Source: Candidatus Velthaea sp.
Lineage (GTDB): Bacteria > Vulcanimicrobiota > Vulcanimicrobiia > Vulcanimicrobiales > Vulcanimicrobiaceae
Length of the DNA stretch: 64,000 nt
Assembly (NCBI GenBank): GCA_965214935.1
Contig: CBDCCS010000022.1
Location: forward strand, 160,001 to 224,000
Direction: 5' to 3'
Part shown: piece after piece, positions 51,961 to 61,932 of the stretch
How the letters are laid out: each line of letters opens with the position of its first letter
Position numbering within the stretch: position 1 is the first letter of the stretch
The notes under the pieces: model-generated
The model's input: only the letters and a program-made list of their open reading frames with translations
Told to the model about the DNA's origin: nothing
Databases searched by the model: none
Made by a program: the position numbers and the translations under genes

Positions 51961-54266
51961 TAGAACGAACTCCAGTCGGCGTCGTCGGCGGCACGTAGCG
52001 GTGCATGTTTTGCTGCAGCCGGCGCAACGGGCGTGGCCGGCCGCCGAGCCGCCGGCCGCGGGGCCGCCGGCGCTTGGCTGCGACGCGCGCCGGAAGCAAC
52101 GGTGAACACGCCGACGAGACCGACGAGTGCTTGCGAACGTTCTTCGAGCGACTCGGCGGAAGCAGCGATCTGCTCCACGAGTGCGGCGTTCTGCTGCGTG
52201 ACCTGGTCCATCTGAGTCACCGCTTCGTTGACTTGTTCGATACCGGTGCCTTGTTCTTCGGACGCCGCAGCAATGGCGGACATAATGTTGGTCACGCGTT
52301 TGACGGCGGCAACGATTTCGGCCATCGTCTGACCGGCCTGATCGACGAGCATGCTTCCGGTGGCGGTCTTGTCGACCGAATCGCCGATGAGCGCTTTGAT
52401 TTCTTTGGCCGCGGCGGCCGAACGTTGCGCAAGATTGCGGACTTCGCCCGCGACGACGGCAAAGCCGCGGCCTTGCTCGCCGGCTCGCGCGGCTTCGACG
52501 GCGGCATTGAGCGCAAGTATATTGGTTTGAAAGGCGATCCCGTCGATGACGCTGATGATATCGACGATTTTCTTGGCGCTTGCATTGATCGCCGCCATGG
52601 TCACGACAACCTCGCCGACGACTTGACCGCCTTTTACGGCAATATCGCTCGCGCCGATGGCAAGGCCGTTCGCTTCTTTGGCGTTGTCGGCGTTTTGGCG
52701 AACCGTCGCAGTCAACTGCTCCATGCTTGCCGCAGTCTCTTCCAGACTTGCGGCCTGCTCTTCGGTCCGCTGCGACAAATCGGTATTGCCGGCGGCAATT
52801 TCACGCGCCGACGTGCTCACGATTTCGGCCGCTTCTTTTATCTCGACGACGGTCCGCGTTAAATTCTCAACCGTCGCGTTGGAGTCGGATTTGAGCCGGC
52901 CGAACGTACCGGCATAATCGGCGCTGATGGTTTGCGTTAAATCGCCTTTCGCAAGAGCCGCGAGGACGCGCACCACATCGTTGAGACCGGTATCGCTCGT
53001 TTCCATCAGCTCATTCATGCTTTGAGCCAAGATTTTGAAGAAGCCGGTTTGACCGTCGGACGCTAAGCGCCGGCTAAAGTCGCCGGCCGCTGCGGCCTGG
53101 ACGATCGCTGCCGTTTCGTTCTCGACCTGCACTTCGAGCGTGCGATCTTTCCATTCGATGACGGCGCCGATCCGCTTACCGCTCTCGTCGGCGACCGGAT
53201 TGGCAATGAGCGCCAGCGTGCGTCCGCCGACGACAATTTCGGCGCGATGCGTTCCGCGCAGATCGGCCAGCATGCGCAGCTGGTCTGCCGGAATAACGTT
53301 GAACTCAGCGATCTTGGTCGTCAGCAGACGATCGACACGCAGGTTCGGCAGATCTTTTTGCAGATCGCGTTCGGCGTTGCGCAGCATTTCTTTGACGGCA
53401 GCATTCATGTAGCAGATGACGTTGTCGGCATCGGCAAGCATAACGTTGGCCGTCACGCTGTCGAGCGCGGCTTGCACCCGGCGCATTCCGGCAATGTCTT
53501 CGGGTCGCGGTAACAACGATCGTACCGCGTCCATCGCCTCGGTGATCTGCGCCTTCTTGCCGGGCAGCCGATCCATCTCGATTGAGAAATCGCCGTGCGC
53601 GTATCTCGTAATGAGATCGACGATCTTCATCTTCACCGCGATGTGCGCACCGACGAGCCGGTTTACCAGGTCCGCCGCGCGTTTGTACCCGCCCGCGAAC
53701 GCGTCGACCGGGATGATCTCGTCGATCCAGCCGGCTTCATGCTGCCGCATCATCTCGGCCAACGCTTCGATGAAACGATCGGACTCGGCAACTTGTCCGC
53801 TCACTGCAATGAAGGCGGTTTTCACGCGATCGACCGCGGCGGTGACGTGCGCTTTGATGCCGGGTAAGCGATCCATGTCGACCGTGAAATCACCGTTGGC
53901 ATAGTCGGTGACGACGCGAACGACTTTCATTTTCACGTCGATGTGCGACTGCACGAGTGCATTGATGTCGGCCGCAATCGCGCCGCACGCCGGGCTCAGC
54001 GTCCCGGCCGGAATTTTGTAATCGATCGCGCCCGCCGTATGCCGGCTTTGCATCTCTTGCAGCGCCGCACCGAGCGCCGCAGTTTCGGCGCGTTGCGCAA
54101 CGAGTTGCTCTTGCAATCGGCGAATCGACGGCGCGAGTGCAACGCTCAATTCGTCGTTGCCGCTAAAGACCTCGGTGGGGTCGCCCGCGGCAATGCGATC
54201 GAGCGTGCGGACGACCGCGTGCCGCTGCGCGTTGCGTTTCGTTCTATTACCAGCAAATAGAGCCAC
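51960..54266 (-). CDS. Soluble poly-HAMP/PAS chemoreceptor, Aer2/McpB-like
   Basis: No TM helices; [82 protein letters not shown]-terminal DWSSF. Confidence 0.92.
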   Translation of the reverse strand: MALFAGNRTKRNAQRHAVVRTLDRIAAGDPTEVFSGNDELSVALAPSIRRLQEQLVAQRAETAALGAALQEMQSRHTAGAIDYKIPAGTLSPACGAIAADINALVQSHIDVKMKVVRVVTDYANGDFTVDMDRLPGIKAHVTAAVDRVKTAFIAVSGQVAESDRFIEALAEMMRQHEAGWIDEIIPVDAFAGGYKRAADLVNRLVGAHIAVKMKIVDLITRYAHGDFSIEMDRLPGKKAQITEAMDAVRSLLPRPEDIAGMRRVQAALDSVTANVMLADADNVICYMNAAVKEMLRNAERDLQKDLPNLRVDRLLTTKIAEFNVIPADQLRMLADLRGTHRAEIVVGGRTLALIANPVADESGKRIGAVIEWKDRTLEVQVENETAAIVQAAAAGDFSRRLASDGQTGFFKILAQSMNELMETSDTGLNDVVRVLAALAKGDLTQTISADYAGTFGRLKSDSNATVENLTRTVVEIKEAAEIVSTSAREIAAGNTDLSQRTEEQAASLEETAASMEQLTATVRQNADNAKEANGLAIGASDIAVKGGQVVGEVVVTMAAINASAKKIVDIISVIDGIAFQTNILALNAAVEAARAGEQGRGFAVVAGEVRNLAQRSAAAAKEIKALIGDSVDKTATGSMLVDQAGQTMAEIVAAVKRVTNIMSAIAAASEEQGTGIEQVNEAVTQMDQVTQQNAALVEQIAASAESLEERSQALVGLVGVFTVASGARRSQAPAAPRPAARRPATPVAPAAAKHAPLRAADDADWSSF

Positions 54267-54286
54267 GGGACACTTTCTTTCTTAGC

Positions 54287-54781
54287 TTAAGCGTAGGCGG
54301 TCGCCGAGCCGCCGTCGGTTAACTGCATCTCCGCACTCGCCAATAGCCGCTCGATGTCGAGCAAGATAATCATCTGATCGTCAAGCCGGGCGAGTCCCAT
54401 GAGGAAATCAGTATCGAGCCGCGAGCTGAACTCAGGCACCGGCCGGATCTGGTCCGCGGCAAAAGTTACGACGTCGGAAACCGAGTCGACGACGATACCG
54501 ATCACCCGGCGCGCGACGTTGAGAATGATAACGACGGTGAAGGCGTTGTAAGCCGCCTCGGCAAGCGCGAATTTCAAGCGCATATCGACGATCGGTACGA
54601 TGACGCCGCGCAGATCGATGACGCCGCGAATGAAATCCGGCGTCCCCGCAATCGGCGTCACCGGATCGCAGCCGCGAATCTCTTGCACTTTGAGAATGTC
54701 GATGCCGTACGCTTCGCTGCCTAAGCGGAAGGTCAGCATTTCACGGGTTTGCGTTACTTGCATTTCGTCGGTGCGGCTCAT
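54287..54781 (-). CDS. cheW: Chemotaxis coupling protein
   Basis: [48 protein letters not shown]. Confidence 0.95.
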   Translation of the reverse strand: MSRTDEMQVTQTREMLTFRLGSEAYGIDILKVQEIRGCDPVTPIAGTPDFIRGVIDLRGVIVPIVDMRLKFALAEAAYNAFTVVIILNVARRVIGIVVDSVSDVVTFAADQIRPVPEFSSRLDTDFLMGLARLDDQMIILLDIERLLASAEMQLTDGGSATAYA

Positions 54782-54791
54782 GAATGCGTCC

Positions 54792-56828
54792 TTACGCGAC
54801 GGCTCGCGCGCCGGCATGACGCACGAATGAAGGTACATCGATAATCAAAGCAACGCGGCCGTTACCCATCACCGTCGCGCCGGAAATACCCGGCACGTGC
54901 CGAAAATTTGTCTCCAAGCTCTTGATTACGACCTGATGCTGGCCCTCGAGCGCATCGACGAGCAAAGCGACGCGACCGTTACCGGCTTCGAGCAAAACGA
55001 GAATTCCGTCACGCAAAGGCGGCTTCGGATTGCGTTGCGGCATGACGTCGCTGAGCGTGACGACCGGAAAATACTCATCGCGAATGTGGATCAAGCGCCC
55101 GCCGCCGGCGATGACCCGAATCGAGTCGGGCGGCGGCAGCACCGACTCGATGATGTTCGTCAACGGAATCATGTAGATTTCACCGCCGATGACCACCGAT
55201 AAACCATCCAAGATTGCCAGTGTGAGCGGTAAGCGGATCGTGACTTTCGCTCCGTAGCCGGCTTCCGACTCGATCTCGACCCGCCCGCCGATGCGGCTGA
55301 TATTTTGCTTGACGACGTCCATGCCGACACCACGGCCCGACACGTCGGTGACGACGTCCGCAGTTGAAAAGCCGGGCGCAAAAATAAGCTGCCATACATC
55401 GCGCAGCGGCATGTCGGGCGCGCACGGCAACCCGGATTGAGCCGCTTTCGCTAAGATCTTTTCTTTGTTAAGCCCGGCGCCGTCGTCGCTCAACTCAACG
55501 ACGACTTCGCCGCCTTGGTGCCACGCGCGCAACGAAATCGTGCCTTCGCGCGGTTTGCCGGCAGCAATGCGTGCAGCGGGCGATTCGATGCCATGGTCGA
55601 GCGCATTGCGAATGAGATGCGTCAATGGATCGCCGAGCTGCTCGATGATCACTTTGTCGAGGACCGTTTGGTCGCCGGTCGTTTGCAAGCGCACGGCTTT
55701 GCCCAACGTCGTAGCCAATTCACGCACCATGCGCGGAAATCGATCGAAAACAAACCGTAGCGGCAACATGCGAATCGACATGACGCCCTGTTGCAGGTCG
55801 CGCATATTGTGTTCCATCTGACGCACGACTTGATGTAAGTCGGCAAACGCGGCATGATCGAGGTCGCCGCTGATGCGTTCGATTCGCGCTTGCGCGATCA
55901 CCATTTCACCGACGAGATTGATGAGCTGGTCGATCTTCGCTAAGCTCACGCGGATCGTCGAGTCGGCGACTTCGTTCGCGGCCGGTGCCGCGGGCTTTGC
56001 GACGGCCGCTGCCGGAGTGGCTTCGGGCTCGCCGGGGCTATCGGCGAAAAAGCCGTACGCCTCCACCGGCTCATCGGGCGCACCCGGACCGTCGGCGAAA
56101 AATCCGAAAGCTTCGCCGCTCGACACCGGTGCCGCCGCCGAGCTTGCTGGAAGCTCAGTGTAGCCGATCGTAACGCCGGCCGGATCGTCGATGATGAAAC
56201 CGAGCAAATCACGCAAGCTTTCTTCGCTGACGCTCGCTTCAAGCGTGAAGTGCCAAACGTCGCTTTCGGCCGTTTGTTCGGGCGGAACGCTCAGCTTCCC
56301 GAGTTCCGCGAGCGCAGCGTGCAGTGCTGCGTAGTCGGCCGGGCGGGTTGCGCCAAGATCGCGCGCCGGCAGATCGACGCCGTATGCGTACACGGCGGGC
56401 AGCGCGACGGCGGCAGCGGTGCAAGCTCCGGCGGCCGCCGGCATGTGCTGGATCGCTTCGAGCTCGGCGACCGATTGTTGGGTCGACACGGCGCCCGCCG
56501 GCGAGCCTGCGCGATACGCCGCGAGTTGCGCTTTGAGAACGTCGCACGCACGCAGAAACACGTCCACCATCGCAAACGTGAGTAAAACTTCGCCATGACG
56601 CAAACGGTCGAGCACCGATTCGAGCACGTGCGTGAAGCGCGCCATGTCGGCGAAACCAAACGTTCCGCTGCCGCCCTTGATCGAGTGCGCCGCCCGAAAA
56701 ATGCCGTCGAAATCGGCGCTTCCCGGTGCATCGACGTCGAGTTCGAGCAGCCCGGATTCGAGCTTCGCGACATGCTCTTCGACTTCGTCGAAGAAGCCTT
56801 GGTGGAAGCGCGTCAGGTCGAGCGACAC
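54792..56828 (-). CDS. cheA: Chemotaxis histidine kinase
   Basis: [51 protein letters not shown]. Confidence 0.96.
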   Translation of the reverse strand: MSLDLTRFHQGFFDEVEEHVAKLESGLLELDVDAPGSADFDGIFRAAHSIKGGSGTFGFADMARFTHVLESVLDRLRHGEVLLTFAMVDVFLRACDVLKAQLAAYRAGSPAGAVSTQQSVAELEAIQHMPAAAGACTAAAVALPAVYAYGVDLPARDLGATRPADYAALHAALAELGKLSVPPEQTAESDVWHFTLEASVSEESLRDLLGFIIDDPAGVTIGYTELPASSAAAPVSSGEAFGFFADGPGAPDEPVEAYGFFADSPGEPEATPAAAVAKPAAPAANEVADSTIRVSLAKIDQLINLVGEMVIAQARIERISGDLDHAAFADLHQVVRQMEHNMRDLQQGVMSIRMLPLRFVFDRFPRMVRELATTLGKAVRLQTTGDQTVLDKVIIEQLGDPLTHLIRNALDHGIESPAARIAAGKPREGTISLRAWHQGGEVVVELSDDGAGLNKEKILAKAAQSGLPCAPDMPLRDVWQLIFAPGFSTADVVTDVSGRGVGMDVVKQNISRIGGRVEIESEAGYGAKVTIRLPLTLAILDGLSVVIGGEIYMIPLTNIIESVLPPPDSIRVIAGGGRLIHIRDEYFPVVTLSDVMPQRNPKPPLRDGILVLLEAGNGRVALLVDALEGQHQVVIKSLETNFRHVPGISGATVMGNGRVALIIDVPSFVRHAGARAVA

Positions 56829-56831
56829 GAT

Positions 56832-57194
56832 TTAGCCGAGTACTTTTTTCACGACGTTGAGCAAGGTCACCGGATCGAACGGCTTGACGATCCAGCCGGT
56901 CGCACCGGCGGCGCGGCCTTTGGCTTTCATGTCGTCGCCGGCTTCCGTCGTAAGAACCAGGATCGGTGTCCGGGCGTAGTTCGGCAGACCGCGCAACCCG
57001 CGAATGAGCGTAAGCCCATCGGCATTCGGCATATTTTGGTCGGTGAGAACGAGATCCGCATTCGCGCTGCGGGCTTTGGCCAAACCGTCGACGCCGTCAA
57101 CCGCTTGGACGACGGTGTAGCCGGCACCGGACAACGTGAAGGCAACCATTTGCCGAATCGACGGTGAATCGTCGACGGTCAGGATCGTTTTCAT
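56832..57194 (-). CDS. cheY: Chemotaxis response regulator
   Basis: LTVDDS, TDQNMP, LTTE, GATGWIVKPF. Confidence 0.93.
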   Translation of the reverse strand: MKTILTVDDSPSIRQMVAFTLSGAGYTVVQAVDGVDGLAKARSANADLVLTDQNMPNADGLTLIRGLRGLPNYARTPILVLTTEAGDDMKAKGRAAGATGWIVKPFDPVTLLNVVKKVLG

Positions 57195-57279
57195 ACCGAT
57201 AGGATTTTCGGCGAAAGCCGACGCTTTATGAGATCTACGCGCGCGCTGCGCGCGCTGCTCGCGCTACGGCGATGCGCCG

Positions 57280-57981
57280 CTAAACGATGCGTCCGTCTTG
57301 CATGCGGATCGTGCGATCGCACACGGCAGCTGCCTCGACACTATGCGTCGCCATGAGAATCGCTTGACCGCCGTCCGCGAGCGAACGCAAAAGCCGCAAC
57401 ACATTTTCACCGTTCGCCGTGTCGAGATTTCCCGTCGGCTCGTCGGCTAGGATGATTGCGGGTGCGTGGACGATGGCTCGGGCGATCGCCGCACGTTGCA
57501 TCTGGCCGCCCGATACTTGCGCGGGATACGCATCGCGTTTATCACCGATGCCGACTTCATCCATCGCTGCATTGACGCGTGCGGCGATTTCGGCTTTCGG
57601 CAGCCGCCGTAAGACCAGCGGCAGTCCGATATTGTCACCGATGCTCAAGGCCGGCAGAAGATTGAAGAATTGAAAAATCGTCCCCACCCGGTCGCGCCGC
57701 AGCACCGTTAGCGCATCGTCTTTGAGGTCGCTCGTTACGCAGCCGTCGACGATAACGTCGCCCGATGTCGGTAAGTCGACGCAACCCACGAGGTTGAGCA
57801 GCGTGCTCTTACCGCAGCCGCTCGGGCCGACGAGCGCGACCATCTCACCGGCTCGCACGTCGATAGACACTCCGGCAAGTGCGCTGACCGATTCACCGCT
57901 GCCGGTATACGATTTGCGGACGTCACGCACGACGACGGGGATGACGGCGCTAGGCAAAACGGCGAAAGACGAGAGCTGCAT
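57280..57981 (-). CDS. LolD/AttE-like ABC ATP-binding protein
   Basis: [35 protein letters not shown]; start uncertain. Confidence 0.92.
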   Translation of the reverse strand: MQLSSFAVLPSAVIPVVVRDVRKSYTGSGESVSALAGVSIDVRAGEMVALVGPSGCGKSTLLNLVGCVDLPTSGDVIVDGCVTSDLKDDALTVLRRDRVGTIFQFFNLLPALSIGDNIGLPLVLRRLPKAEIAARVNAAMDEVGIGDKRDAYPAQVSGGQMQRAAIARAIVHAPAIILADEPTGNLDTANGENVLRLLRSLADGGQAILMATHSVEAAAVCDRTIRMQDGRIV

Positions 57982-59182
57982 TGATCCCACCAAATCCGGC
58001 GGTATTTTTCAGGACGATCTGGGGTGCGCGATCGAGCTGTCGACGGGTGACCGCAAGCCGGCAGTCAGGGTCGCCCTCGATGTTATTGACCGTCTTGGGG
58101 ATCGTTTGGTGCACGATACTCAGTAACGAAATCGCCGACTCCCATGCGCCGGTGGCGCCCAGCGCATGCCCGTGCTGACCTTTGGTTGCGCTTACGCTTA
58201 CCGGGCGTCCGGCAAACACGCGATCGATGGCGAGTGCTTCGGCCGCATCGCCGAGCGGCGTACCCGACCCATGCGCGTTGACCAAATCGACATCACCCGG
58301 ATCGACGCCGGCCTCGTCAAGCGCCCGTTGCATCGCCGATGCGTTCATGACGCCGTCGGGGCGCGGCGCAGACATGTGAAAGGCATCGTTCGTCGCACCG
58401 AAACCGGCAATTTCACCGTAAATCGGCGCGTTTCGCGCGAGCGCATCGTCGAGCCGCTCGAGCAGCAAAATTCCCGCGCCTTCGGCCATAACGAAGCCGT
58501 CGCGCTGCCGATCGAAAGGCCGGCTTGCCGCTTTGGGTTCGGCGTTGCGCGTCGACATTGCGCGAATGACGGTGAACGCGCCGAAGATCAACGGTGATAA
58601 CGGTGCCTCGACGCCGCCGGCCAGGGCGGCGCGCATTTCGCCGCGAGCAACGCTCCGGAACGCATCGCCGATGGCAACCACTCCCGACGCACAGGAATTG
58701 CCGTTGGCAACCGTGGGTCCGGACAAGCCGAATTCAATGGCGACATTGCAGGTCGCCGCGCCGCCGAAAACCGACACGGCCAGCAACGGCCGGATTCCGC
58801 TCAAGCCTTTTTCGCGGAAAATATCGTGCTGCTCGTCGGCATACGCGAGACCTCCGAGCGCCGAGCCGATGTAAACACCGATATCCGAGGTGTTTGGACC
58901 GGCCGAAAAGCCGGCGTCATCGAGTGCTAAACGAGCCGCGGCGACGGCAAATTGTGAGAAGCGATCGGTCCAGCGTTGGCGCTTGTCGCTCATGAAATCG
59001 TGCGCGGTAAAGTCGTCGATTTGCGCGGCAAGCTTCGAGCGGTAACCGGTCGTGTCGAAGCGCCGAATAACGTCGACGGCGATTCGCTCGCTCAGCAAAC
59101 CTTGCCACAACGCGGCTTTTCCGATGCCCAGCGGCGTCACGACGCCGATACCCGTTACGACGACCCGATGCAATGCCGTCAT
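57950..59182 (-). CDS. FabF-like beta-ketoacyl-ACP synthase (ketosynthase)
   Basis: RVVVTGIG, NSCASG (Cys), NAHGSGT (His), KGQHGHALGA (His), GFGGIN; ATGA overlap at 59182. Confidence 0.92.
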   Translation of the reverse strand: MTALHRVVVTGIGVVTPLGIGKAALWQGLLSERIAVDVIRRFDTTGYRSKLAAQIDDFTAHDFMSDKRQRWTDRFSQFAVAAARLALDDAGFSAGPNTSDIGVYIGSALGGLAYADEQHDIFREKGLSGIRPLLAVSVFGGAATCNVAIEFGLSGPTVANGNSCASGVVAIGDAFRSVARGEMRAALAGGVEAPLSPLIFGAFTVIRAMSTRNAEPKAASRPFDRQRDGFVMAEGAGILLLERLDDALARNAPIYGEIAGFGATNDAFHMSAPRPDGVMNASAMQRALDEAGVDPGDVDLVNAHGSGTPLGDAAEALAIDRVFAGRPVSVSATKGQHGHALGATGAWESAISLLSIVHQTIPKTVNNIEGDPDCRLAVTRRQLDRAPQIVLKNTAGFGGINAALVFRRFA

Positions 59183-59631
59183 CGAGCCCCGTCCGCTTCG
59201 GCACGCTGCTTGATGCGCCGAAGCGTTCGCTGCGCGACCGAGGCGATGAAATAGCCGGCGACGAGGTGCTTGCCGAACCACGCTGCGGCAATCGGAAAGT
59301 CGAAGTCCAGCCGGTGCACGATCGTCACGCGCGTTCGGCCGCCGGCCGGCTCGAACAGCCATTCGACTTCCATCCCGCGCGTCGGTCCGGCGATGTGCCG
59401 AAATGCGATATGCGGGCGCCGTGCATCAGTTGTCTGCTCGGCGACCCAACGCAACGGAAACACATCGCACCAGGCAGCCATCTCGACGACGCGCATCGCG
59501 TCCCGGCGTTCCAGAACGCGGACGTAACGATAATGCGGCAGGATCAACGGCCAGCGTTCGGTTGCGTCGGCATATGTGAAGATCGTCGCCGGCGCCGCAT
59601 CGATCTCAATGCTTGACGATGAAACACTCAT
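59179..59631 (-). CDS. SRPBCC/START polyketide cyclase-like protein
   Basis: SIEIDAAP..ERWP.ILPHYR, FRHIAG.TRGM.VEW.F, C-terminal helix; ATGA overlap at 59631. Confidence 0.85.
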   Translation of the reverse strand: MSVSSSSIEIDAAPATIFTYADATERWPLILPHYRYVRVLERRDAMRVVEMAAWCDVFPLRWVAEQTTDARRPHIAFRHIAGPTRGMEVEWLFEPAGGRTRVTIVHRLDFDFPIAAAWFGKHLVAGYFIASVAQRTLRRIKQRAEADGAR

Positions 59632-60803
59632 GCCAACAACCGGCCGAGTAGGGCGGGTGTATACCCGCTTTGAGGGGACCCGATGCCGCAAATCGCATCG
59701 ACGAGCGTTCGGCGCGCGTGCGCGTGGCGATTCAAACGTTCGGCGGTCCGGCGCGCGAGCGGCGAGCAATCGATGAGCGATGCAACGAGCGCACACAGTA
59801 CGGCACGGCGCCGAAAATCCGTCTGCCGCGCCGCGGCGTAGCGTTGAAATGCGCGATCTTCGGCGCTTCGATCGGCAAAAGCTTGGACGATTGCTGCGCT
59901 CGCCTCGCGTGCACCGGCAAGTGCAAGATACACGCCTTGGCCCGTGAACGGATTGAGAAAGCCGGCAGCGTCGCCGACCAGTAGCGCTCCCGGCGCTACC
60001 GGCGCGCAAACGCGATGCGCGAGCGGTCCGGCCGAGACCCGGTTGCCGATTCGCTCGGCATGGGCAAAGGAGCGCCGGCCACGGCCGAGTTCCGCCGCCC
60101 GCCCGGCGATGCCGCGATCGATGTCTGCCGACCAGCCGGCAAGCGCGGCTTGCGGCACGACGACCATAACGTTTGCGCGCCCGGCATCGAGCGGATTGAT
60201 TGCAAAATACGCGCCGTCGCCGACGTACATTTCGATAAAGCCGTTAAGATCGCCGAACCCGCGATAATGTCCGCCGACCGCAAACCGGCGTTTCGGACGT
60301 AGCGGGAGCGTCAGGCCCAGCTTACGCGCGACGACCGACGTCGTTCCGTCGGCGCCCACCACAATTCGGCTCCGTGCGTGGACGGCTTCGCCGGTCGCAT
60401 CGCGGTACATTACCCCCGTCACCCGGCGGCCGTCGAAAACGAGCGATTCGACACGGCCGCGAACGACGTTCACCCCGGCGTTCCGTGCAGCCGTGAGTAC
60501 GATGGCGTCGAGCGTTGCCCGATCGCAACTCAGAGCGGCACGCGAGAAGCGTAATTCGACCGCGGGCGCGTGGGGCGGAATGAGGCGAATCCCCTGCAGC
60601 TCGGTGCCCGCCGCTTGCACCAAGCCGCGCAAACCAAGGTCGTCAAGCGCCTCGACCGCTCCGCAGTTTTGATATTCACCGCAGACTTTTCGACGCGGAA
60701 ACGCGGCGCGCTCGATCAGCGTCACGCCGATACCGGCACGGGCCAACCGTAGCGCGGTCGCGCTTCCGGCCGGTCCGCCGCCGACCACGACGACGTCGTT
60801 CAG
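59628..60803 (-). CDS. FAD-dependent oxidoreductase (geranylgeranyl reductase/monooxygenase-like)
   Basis: DVVVVGGGPAGS, FPRRKVCGE, VGADG, LVGDAAGFLNPFTGQG; start inferred at CTG 60803. Confidence 0.9.
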   Translation of the reverse strand: MNDVVVVGGGPAGSATALRLARAGIGVTLIERAAFPRRKVCGEYQNCGAVEALDDLGLRGLVQAAGTELQGIRLIPPHAPAVELRFSRAALSCDRATLDAIVLTAARNAGVNVVRGRVESLVFDGRRVTGVMYRDATGEAVHARSRIVVGADGTTSVVARKLGLTLPLRPKRRFAVGGHYRGFGDLNGFIEMYVGDGAYFAINPLDAGRANVMVVVPQAALAGWSADIDRGIAGRAAELGRGRRSFAHAERIGNRVSAGPLAHRVCAPVAPGALLVGDAAGFLNPFTGQGVYLALAGAREASAAIVQAFADRSAEDRAFQRYAAARQTDFRRRAVLCALVASLIDCSPLARRTAERLNRHAHARRTLVDAICGIGSPQSGYTPALLGRLLA

Positions 60804-61516
60804 TGCCCGGTCACGAGCGCGCCGTCGAGCCTTCCGTCAGTTGCCGTCATGCGAAAGAACGCTTCGGCGCGGACGTGCGGAACGCGCCAACCTGCACTCG
60901 CTGCGAGCGCCCGCGTTTCGCGCGCCGTATATGCACGCCGCACGGATAACGGTGCGTCGTGACGCGTTAAGCGATTCGCTGACGTTCGCGACCAGAACAA
61001 GGCGGCAGCGTAAGCGGCCGGCGACCGGCGCAAGTCGCAAACAACCGGCGACAAGCGTGCAACGCGGCGTAGTTCACCGAGCATGATGCGCGCCGCGGCC
61101 GGCTCGAAATGGTGCAGAGCAAGATTGCAAACGGTGACGTCAAAGGCGCCGTCGGCAAACGGCAGCGCGAGCGCATCGCCTTCGACATACGTTACAGCGA
61201 CGTTTGGCGGCGTCCGGCCGGCGGCGATCGTCAACATTTGAACGCTGCAGTCGAGACCGGCGATCGAGATCGTTGCACCGCGACGGCGCGCATCGGCAGT
61301 CAACGCCCGAGCAATGTCGCCGTCGCCGCAACAGACATCGAGTACCGTTTGCGCACCGGTTCGGCGCACGTTACGGACGATCGGTGCAAGGCCGCCGAGG
61401 TGGCGGTTGGCCCAACCGATATCCGCTAGGTTTTCTTGCAGTTCGACGATCGAGTCGATCGGATCGTCCATAAGCTCGCGCGCGACAAGCCGATTCACCG
61501 GGCGCTCAGCAGCCAA
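60800..61516 (-). CDS. Class I SAM-dependent methyltransferase
   Basis: ELMDD..N..LGG, VLDVCCGDGD, GDALALPF, NLALHHF, DLRR, HDAPLSVRRAYT. Confidence 0.9.
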   Translation of the reverse strand: MAAERPVNRLVARELMDDPIDSIVELQENLADIGWANRHLGGLAPIVRNVRRTGAQTVLDVCCGDGDIARALTADARRRGATISIAGLDCSVQMLTIAAGRTPPNVAVTYVEGDALALPFADGAFDVTVCNLALHHFEPAAARIMLGELRRVARLSPVVCDLRRSPAAYAAALFWSRTSANRLTRHDAPLSVRRAYTARETRALAASAGWRVPHVRAEAFFRMTATDGRLDGALVTGH

Positions 61517-61537
61517 TCCGCGGCCGCTACCTCGACG

Positions 61538-61780
61538 CTAGTTTTTGTAGAAGTCGGCGTTGATTTCGATAAAGTTCTTCCACTTATCGGGAACGTCGGA
61601 ATCCGCATAAATTGCTTCGACCGGACATGCCGAAACGCACGCGCCGCAATCGATACAGACTTCGGGATCGATGAACAGCTGCGTGTCGCTGTCGGACCCA
61701 TGTATGCAGTCGACCGGGCAAACATCGACACACGATTTGTCTTTTGTGCCGATGCAAGGTTCGGTGATGATGTACGCCAT
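61538..61780 (-). CDS. Dicluster (7Fe/8Fe-type) ferredoxin
   Basis: MAYIITEPC..CVDVCPVDCI..CIDCGACVSACPVEAI. Confidence 0.95.
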   Translation of the reverse strand: MAYIITEPCIGTKDKSCVDVCPVDCIHGSDSDTQLFIDPEVCIDCGACVSACPVEAIYADSDVPDKWKNFIEINADFYKN

Positions 61781-61858
61781 GAAACGGTCAGTCTGCCTCT
61801 CTGCAAGATGGGAGAATATTCCCTTAGCCGCGTTCCCCCGGTGTCCTTCGCCGCAAGC

Positions 61859-61899
61859 AAAAACCGGAAGCAGCCGTCTATGAGACGGATGCATCCGGT
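61859..61899 (-). terminator. Intrinsic terminator after the GlsB-family gene
   Basis: Minus strand ACCGGATGCATCCGTCT-CAT-AGACGGCTGCTTCCGGT followed by TTTT. Confidence 0.7.
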
Positions 61900-61932
61900 G
61901 CTTGGTTCAGGTTACGAAGAGTTTGCCGAGGT

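Noticed and set aside
51242..57279. Transposon or target-site duplication around the che block
   Set aside because: No transposase or integrase; only a 7-bp inverted match (CGTAGCG/CGCTACG) between the flanks, which is expected by chance.
57950..61516. Canonical type II PKS or aryl polyene cluster
   Set aside because: No chain-length factor, ACP, ketoreductase or dehydratase adjacent; kept only as an unclassified cluster.
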